Shown piece after piece: positions 12,581 through 27,100 of a stretch of DNA of 64,000 bases. Under the pieces are notes generated by a model. The model searched no databases, was not told the DNA's origin, and was given only the letters and a program-made list of their open reading frames with translations. The stretch lies in NCBI GenBank assembly GCA_951804945.1, contig OX638150.1, forward strand, positions 76,446,001 through 76,510,000, given 5' to 3'. The first letter of the stretch is position 1. Every line of letters starts with the position of its first letter. The DNA is from Podarcis cretensis (lineage: Eukaryota). A program made the position numbers and the translations under genes.

Positions 12581-14855
12581 TAGTAGAAAACTTCAGAGAG
12601 GCCATTTTAAGGTATGTTTGTTTCCTTACTTAAGATGTGAATGATAAAGTGATTTTTTTTTTTTGCACAACTAAACTTAAGCCTATTATAGCTACAGAAT
12701 AATTTATCAAAACACATTTTATAAACCAGCTCAGTGTGTTTGACTAATACGTAGAATCCTAATATAAATCCCTAAAAGAGTAAAATATAAGATACAGTAC
12801 ACAAAGGCCAGTATCCTAGTCTTAAACGACATCACTTTGGTACCATATACATGAGAAAGAGCAACAAAACATCTCCTAAAGCATCAACTACAGTGAAAAC
12901 AATTTCTATAGCTTGACAGTAAGGTTGCTTTGGCATCGTGAGAATGCAATTTACCATGTCAATGCACAGTTCAGCTTAATTCCAGTTTTGAACTGCCATT
13001 TGTAAGACAAAATAGTTCTTGATTAGATTTTTAAAAAAATTGTGCGGGAATCATTTGGAGGAGCTTTATTTATTTATAGCCATACCTAAATTAGCCAGCA
13101 TAAAACCCATTATAGAATTCAATCATATTGCAATACTTAAAAAATAAACACAGGTCCCCTGCCCAGCTTTTAATTTATACACCTGCAATGCTTATCAGAG
13201 CCAGCCCAAATGGACTTTGGTGAGTCTTCCAGGGAAAGATGTTTTATTAAATGGTATGTTTCTGATCTGCAGTAGCTGGGTACAAAAACAGGTATTAAGT
13301 TGAGGGTCAGGGGGCTCCATTATGATGAAATATAGAAAAGATGTGTTGCCAAACTAGCTTCGGCCCAAAATGTTTGCCTTTACCAATATATAGGAAACAG
13401 CCTTCTATTAAGTCAGACCAGTTGCAGGATTTTAGATGGGACATTCCTAAACATACAGAGAGCTTGAACATGAGGCTTTTTATATGCAGAGCAAGTGCAA
13501 ACACTGGAACACTTCAGTTAACATGGTCCTGATAACTCACCACTTGTATTAGCTGATGCTTCTTCTGAGTAGTCTTTCAATGGCAGCTCCACCTATTGCA
13601 CAGTGAAAGAGACCCAGGTTTACATCTCACACGAAGGAGAAAGCACCCGTGGCTTCAGCCATTGAACCCTAGGCTCACCTTTTGCAGCATGCTGGTGATA
13701 GATTGTGTCCTTCATCTGTGTCAGGCTAAAAAGTAGCAGATGCTTAAATAATACCCATTTGTTTCCATATTTTGATCTCAAGTTAAGAAATAGGTTTGAA
13801 ATTCAAGCGACACTTATACAATGGTGAAAAGTAGTTTTTAGAAATATATGGGATGGTATATTTAATAGGGCTGATTGAAACATGCATGCACATCATGTGA
13901 CGAGTGCAGCAGCTACGTTCATTGTTGAGCCATTGCAAAGCTACCACATCAGCTGACCACAAACACAGTGCTTTCCAATGGTCAGGTCACACATTGTGCT
14001 ATGAGTCAAAGTGTAATCAAGTGGTACATGTGGACCAGTCCACGTTCTAGCAGAAATGCACACTACTTATTGTGAAATCTCACTATGCTCCCAGCAGCAG
14101 TCATTGATCTACCGGGTGAGAAACTTTGCTTGTTTAGCCCTTCTGGGTCATGCTCACAATAAGCTCTGTTGATCACTACATTTGTACATAAAACTGAATT
14201 GGCTATATGTTGTTTATTATACTGTGCTCAGTTGTGCAAAGATACACAAGCTAGCACCTTTGAATTTATAACCTAATCAAGTGTTAATCTAGCACATTCT
14301 GAGCTGCTGGCAGTTATTAAAGTTTAAAATTCTTTTGCCAAGGATTTAGAGTGCATCTCAGTGCTAGTGAACCAAAAGTAATTCTGGCTTAGGTCTTAAG
14401 AATATAAATGTGTCCACATTTTAGTAGGAATACATCCAGAGCTATTTGCCAATATAATCACAGCTAAGTCACATCTAAAGTCTGGGTAGAGACATGGACA
14501 AATAGGGCTTTATAGTATCAACAAGTTCTGAGAATATCATCGGATCACGGCTACACAGCGCACAAACTCTGGATCTACACAAACGTTTTGGGTAGAATCT
14601 CGATGTAGAAGGAACTACTTTATGGAGACAGTGCACAGGAACCTAATTCACCTTTGGACTTCTTATCAGTGAAGCATTTCTAAGACATAATTTGCACAGC
14701 CTTTTCACTCGTTCATCTTGAGTATCTATTAGGAAGTGCTGGGAGGCAAAGGACAGCAATAGGCACACACTGTAACCAGGTTGCAATCTAAGGCTAAGCT
14801 GCTGGGCCCTTCCTATACAACAGCTGTATTGCAGCAGTGGGACATACACATCCTT

Positions 14856-15117
14856 TCACCGGATGTGCACCATTTCCTCCAAGAATGGAGTCTTCATGCA
14901 ACCAGTGCAGAGCTGGTCCATCCAGAGGGGAGCTTCATGCTGCAGAGGAGTGCGCCGGGGGTAGAAGGTGAAGTTGACATCATAGTTCAGCAGGCAACTG
15001 ATGGATGCCATGTAGATGTCAGAGAAACGGATCAGTCTTCGAGAAAAGTAGGTCGGGTTGTGGAAGGTTCGAAAGATGCTTCCAAATTGGGGGTTAAAAA
15101 GATTCTTCGAAAGTGAC
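14856..15117 (-). CDS. NT5DC2: NT5DC2 terminal coding exon
   Basis: [38 protein letters not shown]...VHIR*. Confidence 0.95.
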
Positions 15118-18100
15118 CTGGAAGGAAATTATTTGCTATTAAGCCATGAGAACAGAAACCCTTGAAAACGTCTGGGGGTTTGCACAGACAGGCGGAGAAC
15201 CCCCCCCCCCAACCCCAGGCGACACCCGAGTGGAATAATGATTCAAGACAATGTGTTATGGGATTAAAATTTTGGCCACAACTTTATTAAAGCTTCAGAT
15301 GTAGGGAGACCTTGGCTTAGGCATTGGGCGTTTATCCCTCCCAGTCCCTGGTCGGGGATCTGGGGAACATCAGGGTTATCCAGAATGTGTGGGAATTGGG
15401 CTGGCTCTGGAGAACGTTTGTTCAAGCAGCGAGCCCGCCTCCCATTTTGCCGCTGTCGCAGGGGAGAGCAATGGCAACCTATTGGCGTATGGCCAATGCC
15501 TCCCCTCAAAACAACCCCTTTAACGGGGAATCCTGGGATCGCCACTGCAGGAGGGGCGTGGGTCACCGCTTCACACCCCTCCCATTTAGGGAAGATAGAC
15601 TAAAGGATTCCGCCCAATGCCTGAAACCGCCAAAGTTGTGACGTTTTGCTACGGGGAAGGCAAAACCTGCCAATGCAGGAAAATTCCTTTCCGGCTATCC
15701 AACAGTGACCATAATGTAGCAGCGCAGTGTAAAGAAGAGGTTAACCTGCAAAAGAAGGCTTAACTGAGGGAGGGCAGGGTGGGAGAAGCTCTGAAGCCGA
15801 CTGAGAACTCCCAGGTAAGTTCCACCCATTATTGTGTGGGCAGGGCGATCCCTTCTGGCCAACTCTCTCCTGGGATTGGGTAACTGGCAGAGGTAGGCGG
15901 CTACCTCCAGGTGTCCAGCCCGGCGGGGGGGGGGGGCGAATCCAAGCTATACTGCTGGAAGCTGCATGGGATCGGGGGGAGGGGCTGCATACGACCACGC
16001 ATTTGATGTGGGGAGCGGTCATTGGGTTAGCTACTCAGAATTCCTCTGCTGTGTTTGGCCAGTAGATTAGTCTGTTTAAGGGAGCACCCAGCATCCTCTT
16101 CAGAGCTTGCTAAAAGCTTTTCCTGCACCTCTTTAAGTTCTGAGAGACAGATGAGGAGTGCCTGACATGTTTGTCTTGCTACTTCACCTGCCCTTAAGTA
16201 GGCCACCTGCACCCCTGAACTGTGTTCAGTATAGAAGCAAAGCAATATTTGGGGATTAGCATACTATGAAAATGCCTTTTTAAGTGACAACTAGTTCCTA
16301 ATTAAGTGCGAGATTTGTGTTTGGAATTTATGTAATAATGCAATGACAGTTTTCTCTTTTTTTGAGGCGGGGAGGAACAGACGACAATAAAAAAATATCA
16401 AGACCCACCTAATTTCCTGTCGTTCTTTCATCCATTCCAGTAGCACCTGCCTAGATTCTGCATCTTGATACATCTAAAAGTAAAAAAACAAAAAACAAAA
16501 ACCAAGATGTTTGAATATTGAACATATCTGAATATCAGGCTAAATACATGATTTAATACTTATGAAGGTTGCAGTTTTACATCTCCTTTCTTCAGAGAAA
16601 AGAAATACAAACAAGGAAATATAGCCAGGAAGTTGGCTTAGCTAAGGTTAGGGTGATGGCAAGCCTAACCATAATCATGCTAGGCAACTACCTAATAAAA
16701 TCACCATTTGGTCTATTTTACCTGCATTCTCTCCAAAAGTCCTGTAAGAGCCTGCTGCCAAGTCAAAGAGTGCATATATTGTTCTGTATTAATGATTCGG
16801 ATTTCCGTCTCAAGTTCTGGAACAATGGCACCTGTCCTCCAACCATGCCGCAGCATGAGATCCTAAGAAAGAGGGAGGGAAGGGCATAGCATACGATACT
16901 GTGATGCAGCCTTGTAAATAAGCCCACAATACACATTTTAATAACCCTGGCATACTGATAAATCAGTTCATAGCCTGAAGGAAACAGTTTTTCATCCAGT
17001 TCTTACTCGCCAACAAAAAGCAGGAATGCCACTATTCGTTGTTAGCTTTTCTCTTTATCCTATAGTCTACTCTTTTCTTTCTCACACCATTTAGTTGAAA
17101 TATGTTTGTAGATGACAGCATCTGCAACTGCAGGCTAGGGAGTCTACTCAAGGCCAGATCATTCCCAAAAGCAGTCAACCACTCATGCAGACTTGGTTTT
17201 ATTCCCCTTAATGAAAAATATATATACCCTGCCTACCAAAACATGAAGATAGCATACAAAAGATACAATATACTCCAAAAACTATGATGTCAGATACGAT
17301 AAAAGTACCCAATAAAACCATTCAATAAAAGCTCTGCAGAGTTTTTCCTAACAGCAGCCTCGGCAAGGAAATCAGCTTGAGTATAACTGAGCCAGTGCAC
17401 AATGTCAGCTGGCAGGCTGGAGCTCTTCAGATGTACATGTAAAGAGATATAGCAGAATAGAATCCTATGCATCGTTATTACAGAACAAGTTCTACTGACA
17501 TCAGTGGGCCCTAGTATTTTTGACTAAGCATGCATAGCAATGGGCGCCTGTCCAACAGAAACACCCTGCATCCCTCCGCCCCATCCAATTTTCTGGAATG
17601 GTTCTTGCAAGGTGCAAGGGGTTGCTGCCAGAAGGAAATAGTGCCTCTCTGCTCATAAAGTATAAGGCAGATCTTGGCCAAGCAGAAAGGCAAGAAGTGG
17701 TGGGAGGAAAAATCTCTCATTTTGCAAGTTGCCTTTAGAAAAATAAAGTTAAAAATAGTAGACAAAGTTGACACGGGCGGGGGGGGGGGGGAGAGATCCA
17801 ACAGTTACTTTTTAAACTGTTATTCTTAAAAATGGTTATGTGCCTTAAAATGGCAGACTAGAAGAAGAAAATATTGGACCTTTTGCAATAAACCTGATGC
17901 TGGTATGGGTTTCAAATCAGGACTGGCTAAAAAGGAACCACCTATGCAATGGGAGTTGATCATGCTGAACATTGAAGAATCAAAGCCATAGTGTGGGTGT
18001 CTTCCACAAATATATCCCAGAGCAACAATACTGAAGAATGAAGCTGTCCTTGGATTTTGGTAGCAAGCAGAGGCCACTAAGTAGCACTGAGATAAAATTC

Positions 18101-21100
18101 CAAGTGGGACTGGAGTACTTACTGCAAGGTCGCTGTACAAATGGTCACCAAAATAAAGGACCTTGGACCCACGCCAGCCTGTTAGCCGCAGAAAATCAAA
18201 CAGATTGCCCTTGAAACATAAGAGGAACAAAAGAATGTGAGAATAAACTTAAATATCTGGTTTCTTCTTGCAAAGAAAAACAGTGTGTGCCGGTCTTGAA
18301 AAGGTCAAAAAAATAAGTCTCTCATTACTTTGATTTTTCTACAGAGCCAAGGAAACAAAGAGAAAATATTTGTTCAGAATAAGCTGCTTATTAAAAAAAA
18401 CATCCATGGGTAAAAGCTTAAGGAGTTCTCACGGGAACTTTGTCAAATTAGGGGAAATGGCGACTTTGGAACGCTAGATTTATAATCTCATCATTCCTAC
18501 AAATTCATATCTTGCACATTGGTTGTATTCAAGGAACCATTCCTAAATTTATAGACTAACTGATCCCTAAGTGTGGTGAGTTAAGTTCTTATCTAATTTA
18601 GCCTCACTGTAGCTTTGTACGACAATCCACTGCTACTCCAATACCACAGTTGAAAAACTACAAACAAAAAGGGGTTGTATCCCGAAAGCAATGGGACTGA
18701 TGTTAGTAATGATTAATTTTGGTCCCATTACCTTAAATGGGTCTGCTTTAAAGCATAGCTAAGTCATGATTCATGTTAGTGATTTGCTATGTGCTGAACA
18801 TTAATTTCAAGATAGTCTAGGCCCAATTTCAATATGCTATTCCCAGGGCCCTCAAAGTGGGACACAGGCTACCTTATAAAGGTACACTTACTTTTTTGCA
18901 GTAACCATTATCTGTTCCTAAGCTTCTCCCACTGGCCCAACTTCTGTATGTTTTGACTGGGCTGCAAGGCAGATCTGTCCTCAGATATCCTAGCAGCAAA
19001 ACACAGGCTGCTGGGTTCCCTCCACTATTACTCATGCTTCCTAATGACTCCTGACATGACCAGAACTAGACTTCCATCATCACTGACGTCAATCCCAACC
19101 CATCACATTCAAATTCACGCAGGATGAATGAATGACATTTTTTGCTGTTTAAAAGATCATCCCAATTCCAACTTTAGGAAACTTTCCCAACATTGGCATG
19201 CCTAGTAAGAATGGAGAAATGTGTTAATTTCAGAGGGAATTTGTTGTCAACCACATATGCACACACCAATAATCATCTCCCTAACTATGACAACCATTCA
19301 AATGTTTGTGCTGGGAAGGTTTTAACATATCGGATTCTAAGACAAGAGTCTGGTAATAAAGACATCTGGGAAAAACATAACTAGGAAACTGTGGGTCAAA
19401 ATGATTTCCCTACTGGGACACTTTTACCCATGTATTAGGTCACATATGGTATGAATATACAGAGCCTTCCTCATCTTCCTAGTCTCATCCACACAGCATT
19501 CTATTAACAAATCCTGAAGATATTTAGCCATATTATGTTTGTTTGGATGATGCTACAGCCATTGTCCAATTGGCACCATATTGTTATGTCCGAAATCATT
19601 GACTCAGCAATGAAATACTTTGACATTATAATTCTGAAGGCCTGATTTGATCACAGCACTGCCTCAGAACCATTTCTGAATTTTAGAGAGCTCAACTGCG
19701 AATCACATAAAGTGGGTTACTAACAATTTTTTGTGATATCTTCTACTGATCAATAATCTTCTAGCCTTCCTCAAAAGATTTTTCAAGACCCTGCTAACTC
19801 CTAGTCTACCTGTGGAACAAGACAACCTCATCTACATATTAAGATAGGAAAACAAAATCTTGCTCGACTGTTTTCCTTCAGAAACAATGGGATGAAATCA
19901 TTTCAAAAGAACAGGACAAATATGTTCATGACTTCAGAAGGGTAATTATCCACCTCAGCTTTTATCTTATGACATATTTGCATCACAGTTCTAAGAATGG
20001 GAGATTCTAAGAAAATGGAAATAAAGAAGCTATGAAAAAAGTATAAAATTTGAAGCTTTTGAAGAAGAGTAGCAAATACCTATTTCATGCTTGCTCACAT
20101 ACTTCAAAGTGACTCAAAAAAGTTCTAGTATCCTTAAGCTAAGCCATGAAGTGATAAGATACTGTTAAGTAGTCTTACCTGTTTGTAAATTTTCCCCTTT
20201 TCCAGTTTGCTTATTTTATCCCAGTGAAGTGAACCTTTTTCATCCATTTTCCTGAAGGGTCTACAAAAGTCAAACAACTGCTGTTACAGGCCTGCAAACG
20301 AGCGAATCTTGCTATGGAAACTTGAATTAAGATGACAAATGGGAAGTGATTCCTTAAGTCACTTTGTGTTAAATCATCATTAGTTTTATTATGTGAACTG
20401 TTCAAAAGTTTGTTAATGAAAGCAGCAGGAGGAAAGAAATTGGCCCATTTATTCACAACAGTTTGCATAATGAAAATGTATGGTCTGTTTTAAGAGAAAA
20501 AAACAGCCACTGCATGCTTTCTTTTTCTAGGATGTTAGGGACTCAATATATATAACCACTTCAGCACACATGGCAGCTGGGATAGAGGAAAAGGTGTCCT
20601 AAAAATAGTTATTTGACTTATTGTACATGGATGCTTGACGTCAATGGCTTGCATTACACACAATATTAAAGACTTCAAATACTCTGCAAAAGGGCAGGGA
20701 ATTAACATAATACATTTCTGTACAATTTGACAAACAAGCAGTTTTAGAAGAAGGAGCTTGGGTTGATCTGGCCAGAATTTGAAAATGCAAAAAAGTAATT
20801 TGGCATCTTGAAAGGAAACCCGGTACTGCTAACGAACAGCTGCTGTCAAAACATGGCAACTGCATACTTAATTCCTCTCGTCCCTCACCCCACCAGTCAG
20901 GATTCCTGCCCATAGCCTGACTTCAGGATGTTCCACATTCCTGGCTCTGCCCCCCTTTATCATCAACTAAGGATGTGGGGCAGAGAAGCACCGAATCTGC
21001 AGTTGCCATTTTGTCTAACAGCTGCAAAGTTAAATGTAATATGTAGGTCTAGTATACTACAATCACAAAACATACTTGCGTCTATCAGTGAAGAAATTCG

Positions 21101-24092
21101 GCTTATCTGCTTGAACAATGACCATGTCGAAAAGGTCTCGCCAGTTCTTGCCAACCATGTGCTTCATTCCTTTATCACTGCAGACAAAAACAGGGAAAGG
21201 TTATTTCGTTTAATCCAGTGCATGGTACTCTAGAGAAAGATTTCATTTTGATCTGATGAAAGACATGGATTATCTGCCAAGATTTTTTCTTTTAAAAAAA
21301 ATAATTCTAACCTGCCTTCCTAACAGCACAGCAGGAGCTGAGTTTTCTTAGGGCTTACTGTTCGTCTAAACAAAGATGGGGTCCACAAAATGATTTTTCC
21401 TCCCTTTACTCTGAATTCCAGAAGCAGTCAAGGCAATAATATAAAATTAATGTCATTAGCACAAGGACTTTTGTGTGTGCAATGAAACTCTTATCTGCTC
21501 TCCTCCTCTGTGCCCTCTAAAATTGTTCTGGTGGAGCTTCCCAACGGTCTAGAATGTTTTGGGGAGGCCATTATTCCATTGTGCAAGTGTAAATCCTTGA
21601 ATTAATTGAACAAATGTACTGGATACTGCCCCAAGCCTTCTTACTTCTTCTCTGGGTACCTCCAAAATGCAGACCAATCCCAGAAGGGAGCCTTTCTCCA
21701 TGCTCAGGAAAGGGTTGGGGTTTTGCCCTCAGTACTGTGCTAGGCTTCAGAAGCAGTCAAAAAGTAAGAAAGCTTCAGTCCATTTACATGTGTTCATTAG
21801 GCTGTCTTCAATACATACACTGTTCTTAATGTTCTGCAACTTTATTTATTTATTTAAGCAATTGACGTAGCAGTGTATAAGGAGGTTACAAAAGAGAAAA
21901 ATATTAACTATGAAAATCAGTAAAGTTTTAATGCTTTTAAAACTGTTCACCAAGCACCTCAAGTCTGACAGGGTAGACCCCTGTCAGATCTCAGAGGCAT
22001 TCCAGAGAACTGGGCCCACAGTTCTGAGCACACAACCTCTGGTGCATGCAAGCCAAGAGCAGAATTCAACTAAGTTGTCGTGTGCACAGAACAAGGTCTG
22101 CTAGCGCAATGGGCCGTCTTCTCCCTCTTCCCTGCCCTGCATCCCCCAAATATGTCCTGGAGGAAAACCCAGAACAGACTTAGGGAGTGTGTGAGGGCCC
22201 CATAGGAGAAAAGTCTTGTTGTCCCTATGTTGAATTCCACTCCATGTATCAGAGCCACAAGGGCCAACTAACAGCAACTCCCCTGAAGACCTGGGTGATC
22301 AGACAGGATAGTTAAGGAATCAGGTGGTCCCCAAGTTGTTAAGGCCCTGTGAATTAAATTATTCTCCAATCCTTCCCTGCCTGAAGTTCCCCATGGCTTC
22401 TGAGTTCAGCTTGACAAGACCTCAACCATGCCTTTAGGCTAAAAGGTTCATACTGGCTAGTCCATTCGTGAACTAGGCTAGGAAGCCAGGACGGGTGTCA
22501 CTTGCTGCATAACACATGCAGCGGCAAACATGCATTTGCCACCATATTACATGTGAAGAAGGCTTCAGCATTTTGAGGGCTTCTGCGGAGGTTTCTTAGA
22601 GAGGCACTTGGTACTTAATTCGTGAGATAAATGGCTCCAAGTCATTTCCAACCTAGATCAACAACAGAATAGCACCTTCAGTTCTGCAAAGGCACGGATG
22701 GAGAACATGTTCCATTACCAAAGTCTACAAAAAACACCTATTATGGGAGAGTTGATTTTCTTAAAAAGGAGTTTACTATAGAATCTGAAGGCTTTGGCCC
22801 ATTACCATCTATTCATTAGGTTACCTATAATGCATACAATGTTCTATTTTATTGCACAATCCTTCCCTACATGAAGATGGGGTGCATCCAGAGATCCCAT
22901 CAGAGCCCAGTTGCTTCTCACTTTGGCACGTGTGGAAGCACCACACACCCCCAGGACATTATAGAAAACAGGGTGCCTGTATTTACCTTCTCTATCCCCA
23001 GCCAGCCCTTTCCTTTGTTCCAGTAATTCAGATCCATAGCATGAGTCACTCACAGCAGGCAAAAAGGGAGGGTGAGTTGGAAATATCAGAGGCACACAGA
23101 CCATAGAGTTTAGTCCACATGCACCAATGCATACCAAGGTGGGACAACGAAACAGACCTTGCGCATGTACCAGGACAGAACTGTGCCCCTAGGAATGATT
23201 ACAATCACTTTTCAAATTTAACTTTGCAACCACAGAACTAGCAATGCAGTTTCTCCAGTTTCACAGTCATGTACAATACTTTGCTAAAACTTGCTGTACT
23301 TGTTTGTAATGGTATGATTACGTTGTTAACTGAACGCCACCATCACCTGATGGTGAAAGCAGGGTAACAAATCAAATACACAAATAGATCCTCATGTTAT
23401 TATAACAATAATAAAATCTTATCTTACAGCAATTAAAAATGTTTACATAAGAAAGCTGCTATCCAGATGGCCTACACTGAACAGTTACTACTGTCATTTA
23501 ACATTTGCACATAAGCAACCATTTCATCAAGATGCATAAGAGATGATACTCACACAAAGCTAAAAGGACTGTTTGTGATAAGAAATAGTTTTTTGTTATG
23601 GTTAACCAGTCGATTTAGGACAGCATAAGTTTCATCTCCATGAAGAATATATTTTTCTGCAAGAAACAGATTAAGCTAAGCATAATGTAGAAGTACACAA
23701 CACTATGACAAAAAAGAAGAAAACATTTAGGCAAATTTCAGTTTGGTGGTTCAAAACCATTAATCTAAAGCCATTAGATGCTAGACAGCATTCATTACTA
23801 TTCAAAAAAAAAACCTTAATCAAAGTTTAGAACTTAACTGACCCATGTCCTTTTCAATCCATTTGTACATCATTCCTTTCACATGAACATCTTTAATGGC
23901 ATCCTAAAACAGCAATGAGTAGTTATGCATAAGTCTTAAACCTTGTATTGTATTATACAGCACCATCAATGTATACACAGCTTTATAAAGTAATCATCAA
24001 AAGAGAAAACTGTCAGGAACTTGACATATGATGTAGGAAATCTGCACCCAAAGCACTAACACAGTCTGTGTATCAGTGGACTTTGAGGGCTG

Positions 24093-24144
<52 letters not shown>

Positions 24145-27100
24145 TGTGTAACACAGAGAAACCAAATGATAAGTAATTTCCATGAATCCACTAAAGTCAC
24201 TGATACATGGGTATATTTAAATTTACAGTCCAAAGCAACTGCGATGCTCAAGATGTATAAGCAGACTTCTGCTTGCGTGGTCAGCTTCTTATAGGTGTTG
24301 AAAAAAAGCACCTTAGGAGTATTACTGAAGATGACAAATGACAAAAGCAATGTGCAAAGCAGAGTCATGACACCTTAAAGATGAAGTGGAATCCAGTCCA
24401 CCAAAGCATATGCCACAATAAAACATGTTAAGTCTTTAAGGTACCACAAGACAGGTGCTTTTGCTGCAACAGAATAACATGGCTGCCCCTCTGGAAAATG
24501 CAATATAGAGATTCACTATACTTCATGCTAATTAAAATAATAATTAATGATTGCTTGATTTTTTTTTTGGTCTCCTTTATTTATTTATTACTATTTGACA
24601 ATGATACATTATGCTTGCACAACGCAACTCTCATATAAGACACGGGACTGCCAAAGGCAGAGTTTTCACCTATACCCTAAAACAGCTGTACTCACACTTA
24701 TATCCTTGTAAAGATGAACTTGGTCATACTCAATATTGTGAGTCATGAAATAGTCAGTCACGGATGAAAGCAGAGTCATTTCAGGAAGGGAGAAGATGTC
24801 CATAAACTGCTTAATTGATGGACCCTGTCCAAAAGAGGAAACGCAATATAAAAACTGCTGTTTAACATAATGTACTTCTATATGAAGTGGGAGGTTGGAC
24901 ACAGTGTCTCACATTTCAGCTGAACACAGCGTACCCTCTGCGAATGCAATAATAGAGAGTTACGGAAGTTTTTGAATCAGCAGCTGTGGTTTTCCTCTCC
25001 AAAGCAACGAATCAAACGTGGCATGCATGTACAGGAGTCAGAGACTTACTGTAACTAGGCAAGTATGAGATGATTTTAGAGATTCTGGTAAACAACACTG
25101 GGAACATGGATACTTAACTGGCATGCATCTAATTCTATCAGGATTTGTGAAAGATTAGCAAGCCCCCTCTTTTCCCATCAGCTTTGGGACTGACGTAAAG
25201 AAACACCCATCTACTGATGTCTGCTTTTTTAAGCTACTATTACGTTGTTGAGGCTGTTCTACTGCTGTCTTGGGTTTTACTTGAGATGCCTTTCGCTCAC
25301 CTAATGGTCTCAAAAGATGGGATATAACATACACACACATGAAAAAACTGCTTCAGCAGCAACTTCATATGGCCAAGGAATACAAAAACAAATAACATTA
25401 CCAAATTTACCAAAGTAAATGAATTAAAAATTCCACGCAGGAAACAAGATCATTCAAGTTATTAAAAACTGCAACATTGTAAATAATTATGTATACAGAT
25501 TCATTCCTTAATATTAATATACCTCTTTAAAGGAATTTCATTGACCCATTAACCTATGATCTACAAATTATATTCAAAATTGGATTGGGTTTGGGTTGCT
25601 ATATATTTTTAACTGTATAATCAGTTTATATAGTCACTTCCGTACAGAAAGGTGACTGGACAGACTGCGCTCACGTGTTCACCATTTCACTATAGAAACA
25701 GAGAGATTGCACACACATAGGTACAGCAAATCTTTGTCATGATGCAAGGGGATAAACCTATTGCATGGTATTCACATGCTATTAGACATGGAAAAAACAT
25801 AGTAGATAGAGGGATAAATCATTGGTTAGCTTTTGATTTGCATGGGACCATTGTGGGGACAGATTGGTAATGGTCAGGAATGTATATGTGTTATTGTATA
25901 GAACAACAACAAAAAAGTATTCCCCCCCCCAATCTTTTGAGGCAATACAGCCCAAGTCTATTTGAAGCATTTGGATTTAGCTGTATTAAAATAAGCTAAA
26001 TGAAATAAAAATAAAATAAATACAAGTACCCTAGATTGAACTGCACTGACATGCAGAATATGAGAAAATATCAGTGATCTCAAACTCTGTACCTCCAGTG
26101 CCTATTCTGGTCAGTAAATTTTCTGGTCACTAAAAGGGTATAGTAAATAGTAGGATACTACTGTACTTGGTTGATTTGTTTATTTCAAGAAGTACTTCCC
26201 AATTTCTCAGGTCTTTAAAGAAATGAGAGTCTCTAGAAATGGCAACAATGACACAGACAAAAATCTGTTCTCTTTTAGCAGCTGAACAGTACGAAACAAA
26301 AAACAAAAACAAAAAGCCAAGACTGAACTACAAATTAAAGCCGTATGTGGCAGTCTGTTAACAACTGAAAATTATTGAAATATGACCTTTCCTTTCATCT
26401 GACTAAAGGAATAATCTGCTTTATAATACAGATTATGCTAAGAAACACTTTTATTAAAGAGAAATCAGATACTAACTGCCATATGGCCAGGGGGCTGGTA
26501 TCGCTGCTGATTGAGCAAAACAGCTACACCATAATGACCTTAACTAGTCAAGACCTAATTCAACAGAACTCACCTTCCAACTATAATGACATCAACAAAT
26601 TATTTCTGGTCTGTCAGTTGGAAGGGACTTATGTACACTGTCAATGCACACACTAGAGCAATAAACTAATCAATACCATGTTATCAGACCATTCAAGACC
26701 TACCTTCCTTCTTTTTAGGCGTCTGACTTGCTAAGCTAACATTATTCTATCAATATCATGTGTTTTTTTAATACATGTATCATCTCCAATGCTTCCCATA
26801 TTTTAATCGGATACTTTTAATTTCTTGATGAAACCCTGACATTTGTTTTAAAACAATGTAATAAGCAGCCTTAAAGGACCCCAGGAGGGGAGATAATTAT
26901 TTTAAATAAGAAAGGCCAATGAATAGTTGCACTAGTGGGAGCCAGAACTGCAGACCTAGAGGTTACTTTAAAGTATAGCAGAACATGGAATATCTGCTAT
27001 AAGGTAACTGCATATTATCTTAATGGAGGAAGAGGTCAGGGAAATAAAAAAGTGTTGGGAGAAGCCAAAGAAGCTAGAATGATCTTTGTTAAAACAGAAG

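Noticed and set aside
22819-22835. AG|GTAACC recursive-splice-like site on the minus strand
   Set aside because: Host intron is only 2.4 kb, so a chance match is likely.
25523-25560. Another AG...gtatat cassette in intron 5
   Set aside because: Weak donor and stops in all frames.
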